Shown piece after piece: positions 12,333 to 26,125 of a stretch of 64,000 bases of DNA; within the stretch, counting starts at the first letter, position 1; each line of letters begins with the position of its first letter. Location: positions 46,624,001-46,688,000 of the forward strand of contig NC_043015.1 in the NCBI RefSeq assembly GCF_006345805.1, given 5' to 3'. The position numbers were made by a program, and so were the translations under genes. The DNA comes from Octopus sinensis (lineage: Eukaryota). The notes under the pieces were generated by a model, which had not been told where the DNA came from, searched no databases, and was given only the letters and a program-made list of their open reading frames with translations.

Positions 12333-13223
12333 ATATACGATGGGCTTCCAGTTTCCATGTACGAAATCCACTCACAAAGCTTTGGTCAGCCCAAGGCTAT
12401 AGTAGAAGACATTTACCCAAGGTGTCACAAAGTGAGACTGAACCTGGAACCATGTGTTTAGTAAGCAAACTACTTACCACACAGCCACACCTGTGCCATG
12501 ATTAACAAATATTTTTCTGGTTGTGTAGTAATGGGTAAAGGAATCTTTCGTTATTTCATTATTTCTTTTATTTTATCTATATGAAGAAAGAGAGTAAGAT
12601 TAAAAGATGGCTCCATACAAATTTTCTTGCTCTACTTAAACGATTTATAACAATACCACAAGATCACAAAATTTGGAAGAAGCGAAATTTCTTATTTTGA
12701 CCTAATTACTTAACTGAGACTTGTTTTATTGACCTTGGGGTGATTCTAGTTCAGAATGTTAAGGTACGAAAGTAAATACTACAAGCATTTTGCAGTCCAT
12801 CTCTGATTCTGCCAACAAATTGCTTTAATGCTGTACCAGTTGTTATGACATATGTCATTCTTTCATAAAACACAAACAAAAGCCATTTTTTTCACCTTTT
12901 TGTATTTATACAGGAAAACCTTTTTAGCCAAATGGATTCTGACGTATTTAATTGGTCAATATCGACAAAGAGAAATCAACAATTCATTCTAGATTGTTTT
13001 CTCTGTTATAATAATATCTATGCAGCTGCAGCTAATTTTTCATAATATACATTGATCTACTGAGAGATGTACTGAATCATCATAAACATCATCATCATCA
13101 TCATCATCGTTTAATGTCCGCTTTCCATGCTAGCATGGGTTGGACGATTTGACTGAAGACTGGTGAACCAGATGGCTGCACCAGACTCCAATCTGATTTG
13201 GCAGAGTTTCTACAGCTGGATGT

Positions 13224-13570
13224 TTCTAGGCTGTAGTTTCCGGCTCAGAACTTCTGGAACCACTGTTGACACTGGCTTACACTTATTGTCTGATTCCCAT
13301 ATACTGCATTAATATTCCTAACACTTTCCATTGCGTTGAACTCATAAAGCAAAATATGCCAAATATGCTCCTTTGTCACTTCCATTATAGCTTTGAAAAA
13401 ATAACTGTTAAAATTGAGCTGCACTTTTCAAAACTTGCTCCAAGAATAAGTACAAGGTGAAATTTCTACCTGCTTTTATAGCAAGTTGATGCAGGTAGTT
13501 TATCCCGTCCCCCTCAAACTTTTAGTTCATGCAATTGAAAAAGCTGCATTATTTATGGGATGACCCAATA
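13224..13570 (-). mobile_element. mariner 5' fragment
   Basis: TIR TATTGGGTCATCCCATAAAT; homologous to 51027-51380. Confidence 0.85.
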
Positions 13571-15348
13571 AATAAAAAGATTTATAGTTCTCCATGAGGT
13601 ATGTTTTGCTGAAATAAAGAGTATTTTTTTTTTCATAATTTCTCAATTTTTAATTTGGTGATTGTTATTTTAAAGCAAAGCAACAAATATATACTTCTAT
13701 CAAGCGAGGAGGATTTGGTGCAAATTGGTAATCATAATGAAGGAACCTAAAAAGGGGGACACTAGAAAACACTGCTCTACATCTTTCTATAGACATTATA
13801 TATTCCCTTCAGCTTTCTAAAACCTGCCTGACTATGCCTAGGATGATGTTGAAATGAGAAACTTTGTGAGGTTATGCTTGAAGAAATAAAGAATTAATTG
13901 CTTGGAACTTAACAAGCTAAAAAAAAAAAAAAAGAAAGAAAGAAAAGGTAAAAGGAAAAGAAAATGGAATTGGAAATATCAGTCATGAATCATTATCTTA
14001 CTATGTTTCCGAGCTTTGATCTGGGAGAAGCTGATGAATTTCATGCTCAATTAGACATTTCACTTAGACTAAGTCCATTACCATAGGCTTGTAGATTAAC
14101 CCTTAAAAAAATTGAAGCTTCTTTTAGTAAGTGAAATGTCAAGGATATCAAGAAGGTCAGAACAAGCAGATGACTTCAGGTTGGTAGATTTTAAAACCAC
14201 CACAAAGCTGAGTAAGAATTATAACAAGTGAATGTTACTTGAAAGCTAGGATGCTTGTGTCTTTTCTGACAATACTGGTGAAAAAAAGGGAGCTAGAATA
14301 ATAATGATGTCTTCCCAACAGACACTTCTATTACCATCGCCACCACCACTACCACCACCTGTCCCATACTGCACACCAATCCATCCTTGGACTTGTGTCA
14401 GTAGCATATCAGATTTTTCTACACTATGCCACTGCATGTGACCTTCAGGTAGATTCTGGGCACCAAAAGTCAATATACCATCTGGTATATTTTAACAGAA
14501 ACAAGCAGCAACAAGTGTTATGTAAGATAGCAGTGCTTAGTTCAAACCACTCTAGCAAGCTGAACCTCAATAGCAATCTTTTGGATATGAAAAATGAATC
14601 ATTTGAATTGGGTCTTTGCCTTTTGATTCACTGTGTCTGATTTTGTTAAAACTTTCTACACTGACATAGTTTTGCATACTAATTATGAAAACCTCATTCA
14701 TTTTTGTAGAAATTAATAAGAAAAATTTATGAAACTTGAAAGATTGAAATTTTTCCTAATTTCAGCCAATCAGATGCCTCCATTAGTGAGGTACCAGAAG
14801 TTTCACTTGCTGTTTTGTTTCTATAGCAGTCAAATTTCCTACAGCAAGTAAACCAGAATATTCTTCATCTGATCGGTAGTATGCCTAATAGGGCCCTGGC
14901 ATTGTAAAGTGCAAAGAGCCTGCTAGATATTAAATATTCACATTATAATAATTAATAAATAATCTGAATGTATAATTTGAGATTTAGAAGAATGTATAAT
15001 TCTAGATAAATTTAAATAATTATAAGGGTGTTTATTTACTTCTGTCATGTCTGTGTATAGTGTTTATATTAGTCAGACCGATGACCTGATCTTGATTTTT
15101 ACTTTCACTATGATTCAGCTGTTGTATGTTCCAGCCTTCTCCAAGTGTTTTGTGTTGAATTAGGTTGTTGTATCAGAATTTTGAACCTAACTCTTTTTTT
15201 GATCTACAAGGGTATACTGTTGTCATTCTGCTCTCAAAGTTTCATGACAATTTTTGCTTCAGTTGGATTACGCGAATTACTTTAGTAATAAGATCAAATA
15301 AAAGGTTAGGTTCAAAATTCCGATACAACAACTGAGTTCAATACAGGA

Positions 15349-15390
15349 CATCTGATGAAGGCTAGAGCATACAACAGCCGAAATGTAGTG
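15349..15390 (+). ncRNA. minimal type I hammerhead-ribozyme-like motif (Penelope-like remnant), copy A1
   Basis: CAT-CTGATGA-A-GGCT-[12 nt]-AGCC-GAAA-TGTA-GTG: core boxes, 4-bp stem II, 3-bp stem I; C15.2 decayed to T. Confidence 0.6.
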
Positions 15391-15397
15391 AAATGTG

Positions 15398-15817
15398 GAG
15401 GAGAGTGTGATTACTGGTGAAAGAGAGGAAGAGGAAGGAGAAGAGCAATAGTTAAAAAAGGCAGGAGAGATTGGATTGTTGAATGGAAAAGAGGGGGAAA
15501 GATGAAGTAGTTAAAGAGTTGAAGAAGAAAGGTGAAACGAAAAGTGAAATGAGGAGAGGAAGTGGTGGGGAAAGAAGAAGAAGAAGGAAAAGTTAAAATA
15601 GAAATTGTGAATGATAGTTGGATGTGAAGATGAAAAACAGAGAGAAAATTGCAAAATAGGACAGAAATTGTAAAAAGACCCGGAAAAAAAAAATAAATGA
15701 ATGAATGAATGAAAGAAAAAGAGGAAAGATTAAAGAGAAACGATAGGTAAAGATAAGCTTTAAATTGACAATTTTGCAAGCAGTTTCCTCTTTCTGTAAA
15801 GTACTAAGGAGAGTAAT
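15398..15817 (+). repeat. left arm of ~400-bp inverted repeat
   Basis: Purine-rich segment is the reverse complement of 16731-17123 (also visible as near-identical ORFs 15411-15779 and 16768-17253). Confidence 0.9.
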
Positions 15818-15953
15818 AATTTCAATCAGGGTGACAGAGTCATAGGTACTTCCTTCTACTTGCGACTAATTCTGTATCCTCATCCCCAACAAAATCTCCA
15901 TAATCACCTGTTTTAGTTAATAGGGACAAATGTTTTAGTTACTAGGGACAGGA

Positions 15954-15995
15954 CATCTGAAGAAGGCTAGAGCATACAACACCTGAAACGTAGTG
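15954..15995 (+). ncRNA. minimal hammerhead-like motif, copy A2
   Basis: CAT-CTGAAGA-AGG-[loop]-CCT-GAAACGTA-GTG: intact CUGANGA, GAAA and GUA triplet; palindromic ACGU stem III. Confidence 0.62.
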
Positions 15996-16730
15996 AAATG
16001 TATCAATCAAGATGACACCAGTCTAATATAAATAGTATACTAAAAAGAGTTATAGGTACTTCCTTCTACTTGTGACTAATTCTGTATCCTCATCCCCAAC
16101 AAAATCTCCACAACCACCTGTTTTAGTTAAAAGGGACAAATGTTTCCTTGTCTTCCAGTGTTGAACTAAAATCTTTTCTATGGAAAAATTTGTGATTGAA
16201 GGAACAGGAGTTTTTCAAGATTATATCAAAGAGCAACAAGGAGGGAACAGCTTACTAAGGCAGTATAACGCTAGACTTTATAAAAAATTTTATATACTTC
16301 ATTTTACAATCTGACATCAATACTTGTCGAGGTAGGCCGACCCTGTCTTCCGTCTGCCCGAGATTCGTACTATAGACGTCAACCACAGAAAAAAAAGAAA
16401 AATCAAAATACAAAGACAATAAAAACACCTTGAATCATTTGATTGTTTGAATGTTCAGTTCAAACAGATATCGTTTGATGATTATATTGTTAAATACAAT
16501 TGATTTTTATATTCTTTTTACTTTCCTATCCTCCCCCTTTTTTTTTGTTTTCTTTTACTTTTCTTTCTCTCAAATTTTCTTTTGTGCGTTCCAGACTAAC
16601 TCTTCTTTTCTTCTTTATACGTGGATGTGAATTTGTGCATGTGTGTGTGTGTCTGTGTGTCTGTTGTTGTTGTTGTTGTTGTGTTGTGTGTGTGTGTGTG
16701 TGTGTGTGTGTGTCTGTATATCTGTGCACT

Positions 16731-17123
16731 TTACTCTCCTTAGTACTTTACAGAAAGAGGAAACCGCTTGCAAAATTGTCAATTTAAATCTTATCTTTAC
16801 TTATTGTTTCTCTTTAATCTTTCCTCTTTTTCTTTCATTCATTCATTCATTTTTTTTTCCGTCTTTTTACATTTTCTCTCTGTTTTTCATCTTCACATCC
16901 AACTATCATTCACATTTTCTATTCTAACTTTTCCTTCTTCTTCTTTCCCCACCACTTCCTCTCCTCATTTCACTTTTCGTTTCACCTTCCTTCTTCAACT
17001 ACTTCATCTTTCCCCCTTTTTTTCCATTCAACAATCCAATCTCTCCTGCCTCTTTTTAACTATTGCTCCTCTTCTCCTTCTCCTTCCTCTTCCTCTCTTT
17101 CACCAGCAATCACACTCTCCTCC
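16731..17123 (-). repeat. right arm of ~400-bp inverted repeat
   Basis: Reverse complement of 15398-15817 with scattered differences. Confidence 0.9.
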
Positions 17124-17401
17124 ACTTTTCCTCTTCTCCTTGTTCTCAATCCACTCCCTTTCAAACCCCTACCTTCATTTTATTTTCTATTTCATATCCT
17201 CTGTTCTATTATGTAAAGAATCCATTTTCTTTTTCTATTTTTTTTTCAACTAATTTTCCCTCTCTTTAGTAACCCTTTTTACAATTTACCTGTACAAAAA
17301 CATATAGAAATATATATATACATATTCAGATGCTCATATATGACATAGAAGCAGTCACATATTACACAAAAACCTATTAACACAAGTATTCAAATGCACT
17401 C

Positions 17402-17438
17402 ATCTGTCTATCTGTCTGTCTGTCTATCTATCTGTCTA

Positions 17439-17482
<44 letters not shown>

Positions 17483-17552
17483 CCTACCTACCTACCTACC
17501 TACCTATCTATATCTATCTATCTATCTATCTATCTATGTATCTATCTATCTA

Positions 17553-17584
<32 letters not shown>

Positions 17585-17757
17585 TCTATCTATATCTATC
17601 TATGTATGTATGTATGTATGTATCTATCTATCTGTCTGCCTACCTACCTACCTACCTACCTACGTACCTACCTATATCTATCTATCTGTCTGTCTGTATG
17701 TCTGTCTATTTATCTACATACATACATGCATACACACACACACACACACACACATCA
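17402..17757. repeat. (TCTA)n/(TCTG)n/(CCTA)n tetranucleotide array
   Basis: Directly visible. Confidence 0.95.
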
Positions 17758-19244
17758 GAATATATGACTGTGACTACAAAGTCTCACCAAAGCGGTTTCT
17801 AAAACTATTAGACATGCCACTTTGGTAACATTTCGAATCTCATTGGAATTCTCTCTTTTTAATCTTAAGAACACGTTAACTATCTAGCCTAGCTGCTTCT
17901 CTACCTTTGTGTGTGTGTGTTACCTATAAGTAACTATCATCTATTACACATAATATATAATAGATTTATTTTTCTTTACTTCACATTCTGAACTGAGTTC
18001 TACATCAGATATTGCTTAAGCACTGTATAACGTATATCTTAAACATCAACAATGTTAAACACACATACACACATCATCTTTTTATTTCTTCTTTCCTTCT
18101 CACTAACGATCATCTAATTACATATAAATTTTAGTGTTTATACCTGTGTGTTACCTGATGTCTTCTCTTTCCTTTATTTTTTAAAAATATAATTACAACT
18201 TTTCTTTAAAAAAAATTCGTCTCCAAGGCTAGATAATTATCATCTACTACTACTACTACTACTACTACTACTATACTACTACTACTACTACCACCACCAC
18301 CACCCACCACCACCACCACCACCACCACCACCACTACCACCACCACCACCATCACCACCACCAACCACATGGTTCCGGGTTCAGTACGACTGCGTGGCAC
18401 CTTGGGCAAAGTCTTGTGAGTGGATTTGGTAGACGGAAACTGAAAAGAAGCCCGTCGTATATATGTATGTGTATATATATGTGCGTGTTTGTGTGTTTGT
18501 GTTTACCCCCACCAACATCACTTGAAAACTGATGGTGGTGTGTTCAGCAAAAGAGACACATAGAATAAGTACTAGGCTTACAAAGAATAAGTCCTGGGGT
18601 CAATTTGCTCAACTAAAGACAGTGCTCCAGCATGGCCTCAGTCAAATGACTGAAACAAGTAAAAGAGTATTCATACTTTTATGTATTTCATTGCTCTCAA
18701 TCACAATTTATTTTTTGCTTGTTTTATTTTTTCACTTAGCTGTAATGCTCTTTTGATAAATTAAAAAAATATCATTGTTGTTGTTGTTGTTATTACCTGT
18801 CCTCCCCCCCACATCCCTCATTGACTACTTCATTCATTTATTATATGACATGGTGTCTCTGATTGCATATTTTCTTAATCTCAGCCATCATCATCATCAT
18901 CATCATCACCAACGAACCCTTTTGTCCCCTTTCTTCATCAACAGTTCACTATTGATCCATAAGTAATTGACAATCATCAAATCTCATATTATTTTTGCAT
19001 CTGAATGAACCCGCAAAAATGTCACATTTAACAACAAAACAATCAAGAAATAAAGGGATGCAACAAAACCAAAAGCAACAACAACAAATAAAAAGCCCCT
19101 CCCATCTAACAAAAATAAAGGAAGAATCAATAAAACATTACATGCATTTGCTATTGACTAACAATTGTCTGAGTAAGCCAATCTCGTTAGCACTACTAGT
19201 ACCTGAACAGGTAAACCATAGAGACATGAACTATTTCATAGATA

Positions 19245-20030
19245 ACCACTACAAAGGTTTTACAATAACTCTGAGTACCTTTTCAAACTCCACCCGTCTA
19301 ACACCTGTGGATATGTTTACAAAGTCAGAAAACAGCACAGCTCCCATGACTTTCGGAAACATTTTTTCAGGCTAAGAGTTGCTGAAGCATGGAACAAACT
19401 GCCGGCATCAGTTGTTAGTTGTCGGAGCACTGCATCCTTCAAAACTTCCATGCTTCTTGAGATTCGCCAACACTACACCGGATTTTCTCTCCTCCTGGCT
19501 TCCGTGCTGGTGGCACGTAAAAAGCACCATTGTCGCCTTACCAGTGTCACCTTACTGGCACTTGTGCCGGTGGCACGTGAACAAAACATTCGAGCGAGGT
19601 CGTTGCCAGTACCACTAGACTGACTCCTGCGCAGGTGGCATGTAAAAAACACCATTTCGAGCATGGCTGTTGCCAGTACTGCCAGGCTGGCCCTCGTGCA
19701 GGTGACACGTAAAAGCACCCACTACACTCTTGGAGTGGTTGGCATTAGGAAGGGCATTAAGCTGTAGAAACTCTGCCAGATCAGATTGGAGCCTGGTGCA
19801 GCCATCTGGTTCGCCAGTCCTCAGTCAAATCGTCCAACCCATGCTAGTATGGAAAGTGGACGTTAAATGATGATGATGATACACACGCAAGCATGTATCT
19901 GACTCATACACTGTTCACTTTCCAGACATTTATACATTACTGCATATGCTTTATATGCACTTTTGACAAGTTGTGGTGCACCTGAACACTGTATACAATA
20001 ATTTCATTATTATTATTATTATTATTATTA
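19245..20030 (+). mobile_element. CR1/L2-group LINE 3' end interrupted by an RTE 3'-UTR copy (19490-19880)
   Basis: YLFKLHPSNTCGYVYKVRKQHSSHDFRKHFFRLRVAEAWNKLP. The 3' UTR with (ATT)n tail resumes at about 19885. Confidence 0.8.
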
Positions 20031-20357
20031 TTCCCTGGAATTTTTCCCCTACAGTAACTTTTGCACCATGCAATAATCCATGTAGAAAAGAAGCTTATAA
20101 ACTCTAATCCTTTTCTTTTTCAGGACTGCATTCTGATTTTTCGGTGTTGTGTTTTTGTGAACTTTCCTTCTGTAAGATTAAATAGAGTAGCCATTTTTTC
20201 TTCAACTCTTCATTAATGATATATGACAAGGCTTCACATAGGTGTAGGTCTAGTCCAGTGCTCAGCAACTGGTATGTTGCAGTACATTGGTGTGTTACAA
20301 GAGGATGCTAGGTGTGCCACAGTGTAACTTGAATGTAATTTTTTCCCCTATTTTCTT

Positions 20358-20948
20358 TTACTCTTTTACTTGTTTCAGTCATTTGACTGTGGCCATGCTG
20401 GAGCACCACTTTTAGTCGAGCAAATCGACCCCAGGACTTATTCTTTGTAAGCCTAGTACTTATTCTATCGGTCTCTTTTGCCGAACCGCTAATTTACAGG
20501 GACGTAAACACACCAGCATCGGTTGTCAAGCAATGGTAGGGGGAAAACACAGACACACAAACATATACACACACACATACATATATACGACGGGCTTCTT
20601 TCAGTTTCTGTCTTCCAAATGCACTCACAAGGCTTAGGTCAGCCCAAGGTTATAGTGGGGCTGAACCTGGAACCATGTAGTTGGGAAGCAAGTTTCTTAC
20701 CACACAATCATGCCTGTACCTATTCTTTTATTCTTTTACTTGTTAAAGTCATTTTGATTGTGGCCATACTGGAGCACCGCCTTTTAGTCGAAGAAATCGA
20801 CCCCTACACTTATTCTTTGTAAGCCTGGTACTTGTTCTATCAGCTCTTTTGCCGAACTGCCAAGTTACGGGGACGTAAACACACCAAGAATGGTTGTTAG
20901 GTGATGGTGGAGGGACAAACACAGACACAAACACACAAATACATACAT

Positions 20949-20980
<32 letters not shown>

Positions 20981-22205
20981 GATAGGCTTCTTTCAGTTTC
21001 CGTCTACCAAATCCACTCACAAGGCTTTGGTCGGTTTGAGGCTTTAGTAGAAGACACTTGCCCAAGGTGCCCTGCAGTGGGACTGAACCCGGAACCATGT
21101 GGTTGGGAAGGAAATTTCTTACCACACAGCCACACCTGCATCTATGGGTTAATATGATAAATATTAAAACTATAATTAATCGTTGGGATAAATTCATAAT
21201 TCAGCAGTATGGCTGCAAAGTACCATAGCATTTGTTGAATTGCAACATATGTACAGGTGGAAAAGCTTACAGGTGTTGTGTGTAAACAGGCATTATCAAA
21301 GTATTAGATGAGATTTTTTTCTTTGAGTCTTGTATCCAATTGCTTTGCCTTGAAGAGTTTATATATATTTGTGGGCAGCAGTTGACTGCAAACAATGTTT
21401 TTATGGAAATTGAAGGGCGGTGAGCTGGCAGAATCATTAGCATGCCAGACAAAATGATTGGTGGCATTTTGTCAGTCTTTATGTTCTAAGTTCAAACTCT
21501 GCCGAGGTCGACTTTGCCTTTCATCCTTTCAGGGTCAATAAAAGTACCAGTTGAACTCTGGGATCGATGTAGTTGACTTACCCCTCCCCCAGAATTGCTG
21601 GCCTTGTGCCAAAATTTGAAACCAGTATGTTGTTATGGGACAAGCTGAATGGATTGAAGCAATATGAAGTGAAGTGTTTTGTCTAAGAATACAACATACC
21701 ACCCAGTCCAGGAGTTGAAACCATGATCTAACCATCATGAGTGTAATAGTGTAACCACTAGGCCATGTGCTTTCACTGCATTTACTCTTTTACTCTATTA
21801 CTTGTCTTAGTCATTTGACTGCGGCCATGCTGGAGCACCGCCTTTAGTCGAGCAAATCGACCCCAGGACTTATTCTTTGTAAGCGTAGTACTTATTCTAT
21901 CGGTCTCTTTTGCCGAACTGCTATGTTATGGGGACATAAACACACCAGCATCGGTTGTCAAGCGATGTTAGGGAGGCAAACACAGACACACAACACACAT
22001 ACACACAGACACACAAACACACACACATATATATATATATATACATATATACGACAGGCTTCTTTCAGTTTCCGTCTACCAAATCCACTCACAAGGCTTT
22101 GGTCAGCCCGAGGCTATAGTAGAAGACACTTGCCCAAGGTGCCATGCAGTGGGACTGAACCTGGAACCATGTGGTTGGTAAGCAAGCTACTTACCACATA
22201 GCCAC
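20358..22205 (-). mobile_element. cluster of three S2 SINEs (20358-20715, 20730-21135, 21785-22205) plus S1 (21415-21620, +)
   Basis: Each matches the family sequences seen elsewhere in the window. Confidence 0.85.
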
Positions 22206-22972
22206 TCCTGCACCGTGTTTACTTAATTTATCGATTCCAGAAAGAAGAAAGACAAAAGTAACCTCATTGCGATGTGAACTCAGAAATTTGGCTTCGTTGT
22301 TTTCAGTGAGTGCAGTCGTGCAAATATTTTCATAATTAGATGTACGGGTAATATAAACTGTCGGACGCGTGGAATGAAACATTGAAGGAGAATGCAAGGA
22401 AAGGAGGCAAAATGCTATTAGACAGAATGATACAGGAGAGGTGAAGGTAATAGATAGAAACTGCAGGTGAAGAAAGCTGGAGAATTTGGTCTAAATGATG
22501 TTGAAGTTAATTAATTTATCAGGAAAAGTTTTCAATTCTGTTTCATAAAATAACAATAGACGATGTTGTTAGTAGTTTACTAGCAGAAATATATACAGAA
22601 TTATAAGCTTCTTTTAATTGGTATTAGCATAAGTCTTGATGTTAAGAATTATGTAATATTTTTAGCTATGGCATGTCTTTCCAAAGATACCTCCTCATCT
22701 CAAGCATTTTGATAATTTAATTTGAGGAAATTTCTCAGAGTCAAAGAAATATAAAATATAAAATGAATGAGAATTCTTTTGAATGTATTGTGTGTTGTAA
22801 TTACTAACTGGCTCCCCACACTGCAGATAGAAGACTTGGAGTCTAATGAGGTTAAATATAGTCTTATATAAAGAAATTTCATCAACCATTTCTTCTCTTA
22901 ATACATTGACTCCCAAGCCTCATGTTCTGTCCTTGCATTCTAATATTATTATCTGAATTAATTTTCATATCA

Positions 22973-23150
22973 ATAATAATAATAATAATGAAATTATTGT
23001 ATACAGTGCTCAGGTGCACCACAACTTGTCAGAAAGTGCGTATAAAGTCTGGAAAGCGAACAATGTATGAGTCAGATACATGCTTGTGTGTGTATGGAGG
23101 GGAGAAAATCAGGTGTAGTGTTGGCGAATCTCAGAAAGCATGGAAGTTTT
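22973..23150 (-). mobile_element. CR1-like 3' end
   Basis: Reverse complement of the 19430-19480 plus 19885-20030 segments. Confidence 0.75.
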
Positions 23151-23269
23151 GATTTTCCATTATATCATATGTGAGACAAAGATCACATAGATACTGTTAT
23201 TTTACCATCAACCCACCTGTGGTTCATTTTGTAGATTTTGTCTCTCTAATTATTGAACCAAATTCGATG

Positions 23270-23717
23270 ATTGGCACCCGTGCCAGTGGAGCGCTAACAG
23301 CACCATCTGAGCGGGATCCCTGCCAGAGCAGCTGTCTGGCTTCCATGCCGGTGGGCATGTAAAAAGCACCATTTGAGCATGATCATTACCAGCGTCGCCT
23401 TACTGGCATGTGAACAAAACATTCGAGCGAGGTCATTGCCAGTGCCGCTGGACTGACTCCTGTGCAGGTGGCATGTAAAAAACACCATTTCGAGCATGGC
23501 CGTAGCCAGTACTGCCAGACTGGACCTCATGCAGGTGGCACATAAAAGCACCCACTACACTTTCGGAGTGGTTGGCGTTAGGAAGGGCATCCAGCTGTAG
23601 AAACTCTGCCAAATCAGATTGGAGCCTGGTGCAGCCATGTGGTTCGCCAGTCCTCAGTCAAATCGTCCAACCCATGCTAGCATGGAAAGCAGACGTTAAA
23701 GGATGATGATGATGATG
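23270..23717 (+). mobile_element. RTE 3'-UTR-only copy
   Basis: GGCACGTAAAAGCACC-type subrepeats; AGGAAGGGCATCCAG; (GAT)n tail. Confidence 0.85.
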
Positions 23718-23959
23718 AATTATATTTTCAGTTTGCCCAGTCTTTTATTTTACCTCATTTTATGATGAAACTCAGTTTTATATAGATATGAAGATCAAAA
23801 GAAAAGCGAAAAAAATTATAAAATATTGAAAAAAAATATGTTGTTCCAGTGTACCATAATCACATACTTTAAGCAATGATAGCATGCTGGTTTCATAAAG
23901 CTTGCTTGTTTGCTTTATGCTCCTGCTTGATGGAACTGATGCCATCCCAGATTAGTGGT

Positions 23960-24175
23960 GCCAGAGATGTCATCATGCATAGAGACTAGGTCCTCTAGTG
24001 CTCACCATCACAGGCTGTCCCATGCCAGCCCTTTGCATCGTCCAAGGTGACGTTGAGCCTCTGGAGATCTTCCTTAATCATGTTCCGCCATATGATGCAG
24101 GGCCTGCCACAAAGCCTCTTCCAGCTCACAGCTGCTGTGCCAAATGAGAGTGATGCAGCTTCATAAAGGCTGGTA
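23960..24175 (-). mobile_element. degenerate RTE ORF C-terminal fragment
   Basis: WKRLCGRPCIIWRNMIKEDLQRLNVTLDDAKG resembles the RTE RxRGRPxxxW motif. Confidence 0.6.
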
Positions 24176-24373
24176 GAGAAAAAATAGCAAGATGACTCAC
24201 CAGAAGGGCAAAGTCAACTTCAGCGGAATTTGAACTCGGAACGTAGCGGCAGATGAAATACTGCTAAGCATTTCGCCCGGCGTGCTAATGTTTCTGCCAG
24301 CTCGCCGCCTTGCTGGAAATGAACAACCTTGCTAGTATGACAATACTCATTTACAACCATCACATGATGTCTA

Positions 24374-24442
<69 letters not shown>

Positions 24443-24909
24443 GCATGATCTGCAAAAGTTGGACCTCATGGAGGTGATGACAAGTAACTGAGCCCTTTGG
24501 TGATATGCTGTGCTTAAGAAGACTTGTCAAGCCAAGTGAAATCATAGTCATGGCCGATGCCAGTGTCACTTAACTGGTATCTGTGCTGGTGGCATGAAAA
24601 AAAAAACACCCATGACACTCTTGGAGTGGTTGGCTTCAGAAAGGGCATCCAGCCGTAGAAACCATGTCAAATCAGACTGGAACTTGGTGCAGCTCTCTGG
24701 CTTACCAGTTCCAATCTAACCATCTAACCCATGCCACTATGGAAAGCAGATGCTAAAGGATAATGATAATAATGATGATGATGATAATGATGATGATGAT
24801 AATGATGATAATGATGATGATGATGATGATGGTAATGATGATAATGATGATGATGATGATGATGATGAGGAGGAGGAGGAGGAGGAGGAGGAGGAGGATG
24901 ATACATACA

Positions 24910-26125
24910 TATGAGGTGCATTCAAAAAGTATCTGATTTATTTTTTTCCCCACTAAAACTAATGCCACATGGGCAAAATTCTAAGGGTGGGAGGTGACAC
25001 CACCTTTCCTGCCCTTGCATGAAAATTTTCATGCCAGTAGGCCATATCAGTACCTGGGGTAGAGTAGTGTAGAGAAATGTAGTGTGTGTTTGTCTGATTT
25101 TTGTTTTCATGCAAGATGACTGAATGCATCAAGCAGAGATACTGCATGAAATTTTGCTGAAAGTTTGGTGATACACAAGCTCAAACCATCCAGAATATTC
25201 AGCAGGTCTTTGGTGATGATGATGTCGTGGGCAAAACTTAGATCAAAGAGTGGTACAACAGCTTCAAACATGGTTTTAGATTAGTGGAGAGCGAGGCATG
25301 CTCAGGTAGGCCATCCATATGCTGAAACGAGGAGCTGATTGAGAAGGTTTGCTGAATAGTCATGGAACAATACAGGAAAATGCACACAATGTGGGAATAA
25401 GCACAGGGTCAGTGCATTCCGTTTTGATGAAGGATTTGTGCATGTGGAGAGTGTCAACAAAAATTTGTCCCCGGGGTGCGCTGGTGGAGCAACAGAAGCA
25501 ACCCCGCATGGAAATCGCTAAAGATATGCTGTATTGTGCAAACCATGACTCAGATTTCATGAAGACCAACATTACTGGTGATGGGACATGGGTTTATGAT
25601 TACGACATGGAAACCAAGTTCCTGTCATCCCAGTAGAAGAATCTGTTATTACCCAGGCCCCCCAAAAAGCACAACAGGCTCACAGCAATGTGAAGGTAAT
25701 GTTGATCTGTCTCTTTCACTCCTATGGTATTGTGCACCATGAATATGTACCACAAGGCCAAACAATCATTAAGGAATACTACATGGGGGTTATACATTGC
25801 TTTCATGATGCTGTGTGTCGAAAGTGAACAGACATGTGGACATCAAAGAATTGGTAACTTAACCATGACAATGTGCCGGCTCATTTCACTCACATAATCC
25901 AAGCTTGTTTGACAGGTTTCCTACCCTCCTGACTTTACACTATGTGACTTCTGGCTCTTTCCAAACTGAAAACTACCCTGTAGGGAAAGCAATTTGTGTT
26001 GCAAGACAAAATTATGAAAAAAGCAATGGTGGATCTCCATAGAATTCCAGAGGTGTTACCAGCAGAGGCAGAACCACTGGGAGAAGTAAGTGAACAGCCA
26101 GGGTGGGTATGTTGAAGATGATTAA
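24910..26125 (+). pseudogene. near full-length degenerate mariner transposase; 3' TIR not seen
   Basis: 5' TIR TATGAGGTGCATTCAAAAAGT. From ATG 25116: MTECIKQRYCMKFC*KFG...SGRP...ITGDGTWVYDYD...HDNVPAH...CDFWLFP...WEK*VNSQGGYVE; many stops and frameshifts. Confidence 0.92.

Noticed and set aside
12914-12992. Plus-strand acceptor followed by GKTFLAKWILTYL, P-loop-like
   Set aside because: Stop after 25 codons, no convincing donor and no other NTPase exons seen.
14002-14101. Minus-strand segment with good acceptor and donor
   Set aside because: All frames contain a stop; the best frame has an in-frame TAA; not SULT-like.
21271-21385. Minus-strand candidate exon, phase-compatible with the SULT exon
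   Set aside because: Splicing would turn the essential PKAG Gly into Val, and the peptide lacks SULT motifs.
22800-22850. TACTAAC branch-like site plus CAG acceptor on the plus strand
   Set aside because: Only an 8-codon frame with a weak donor and no partner exons.
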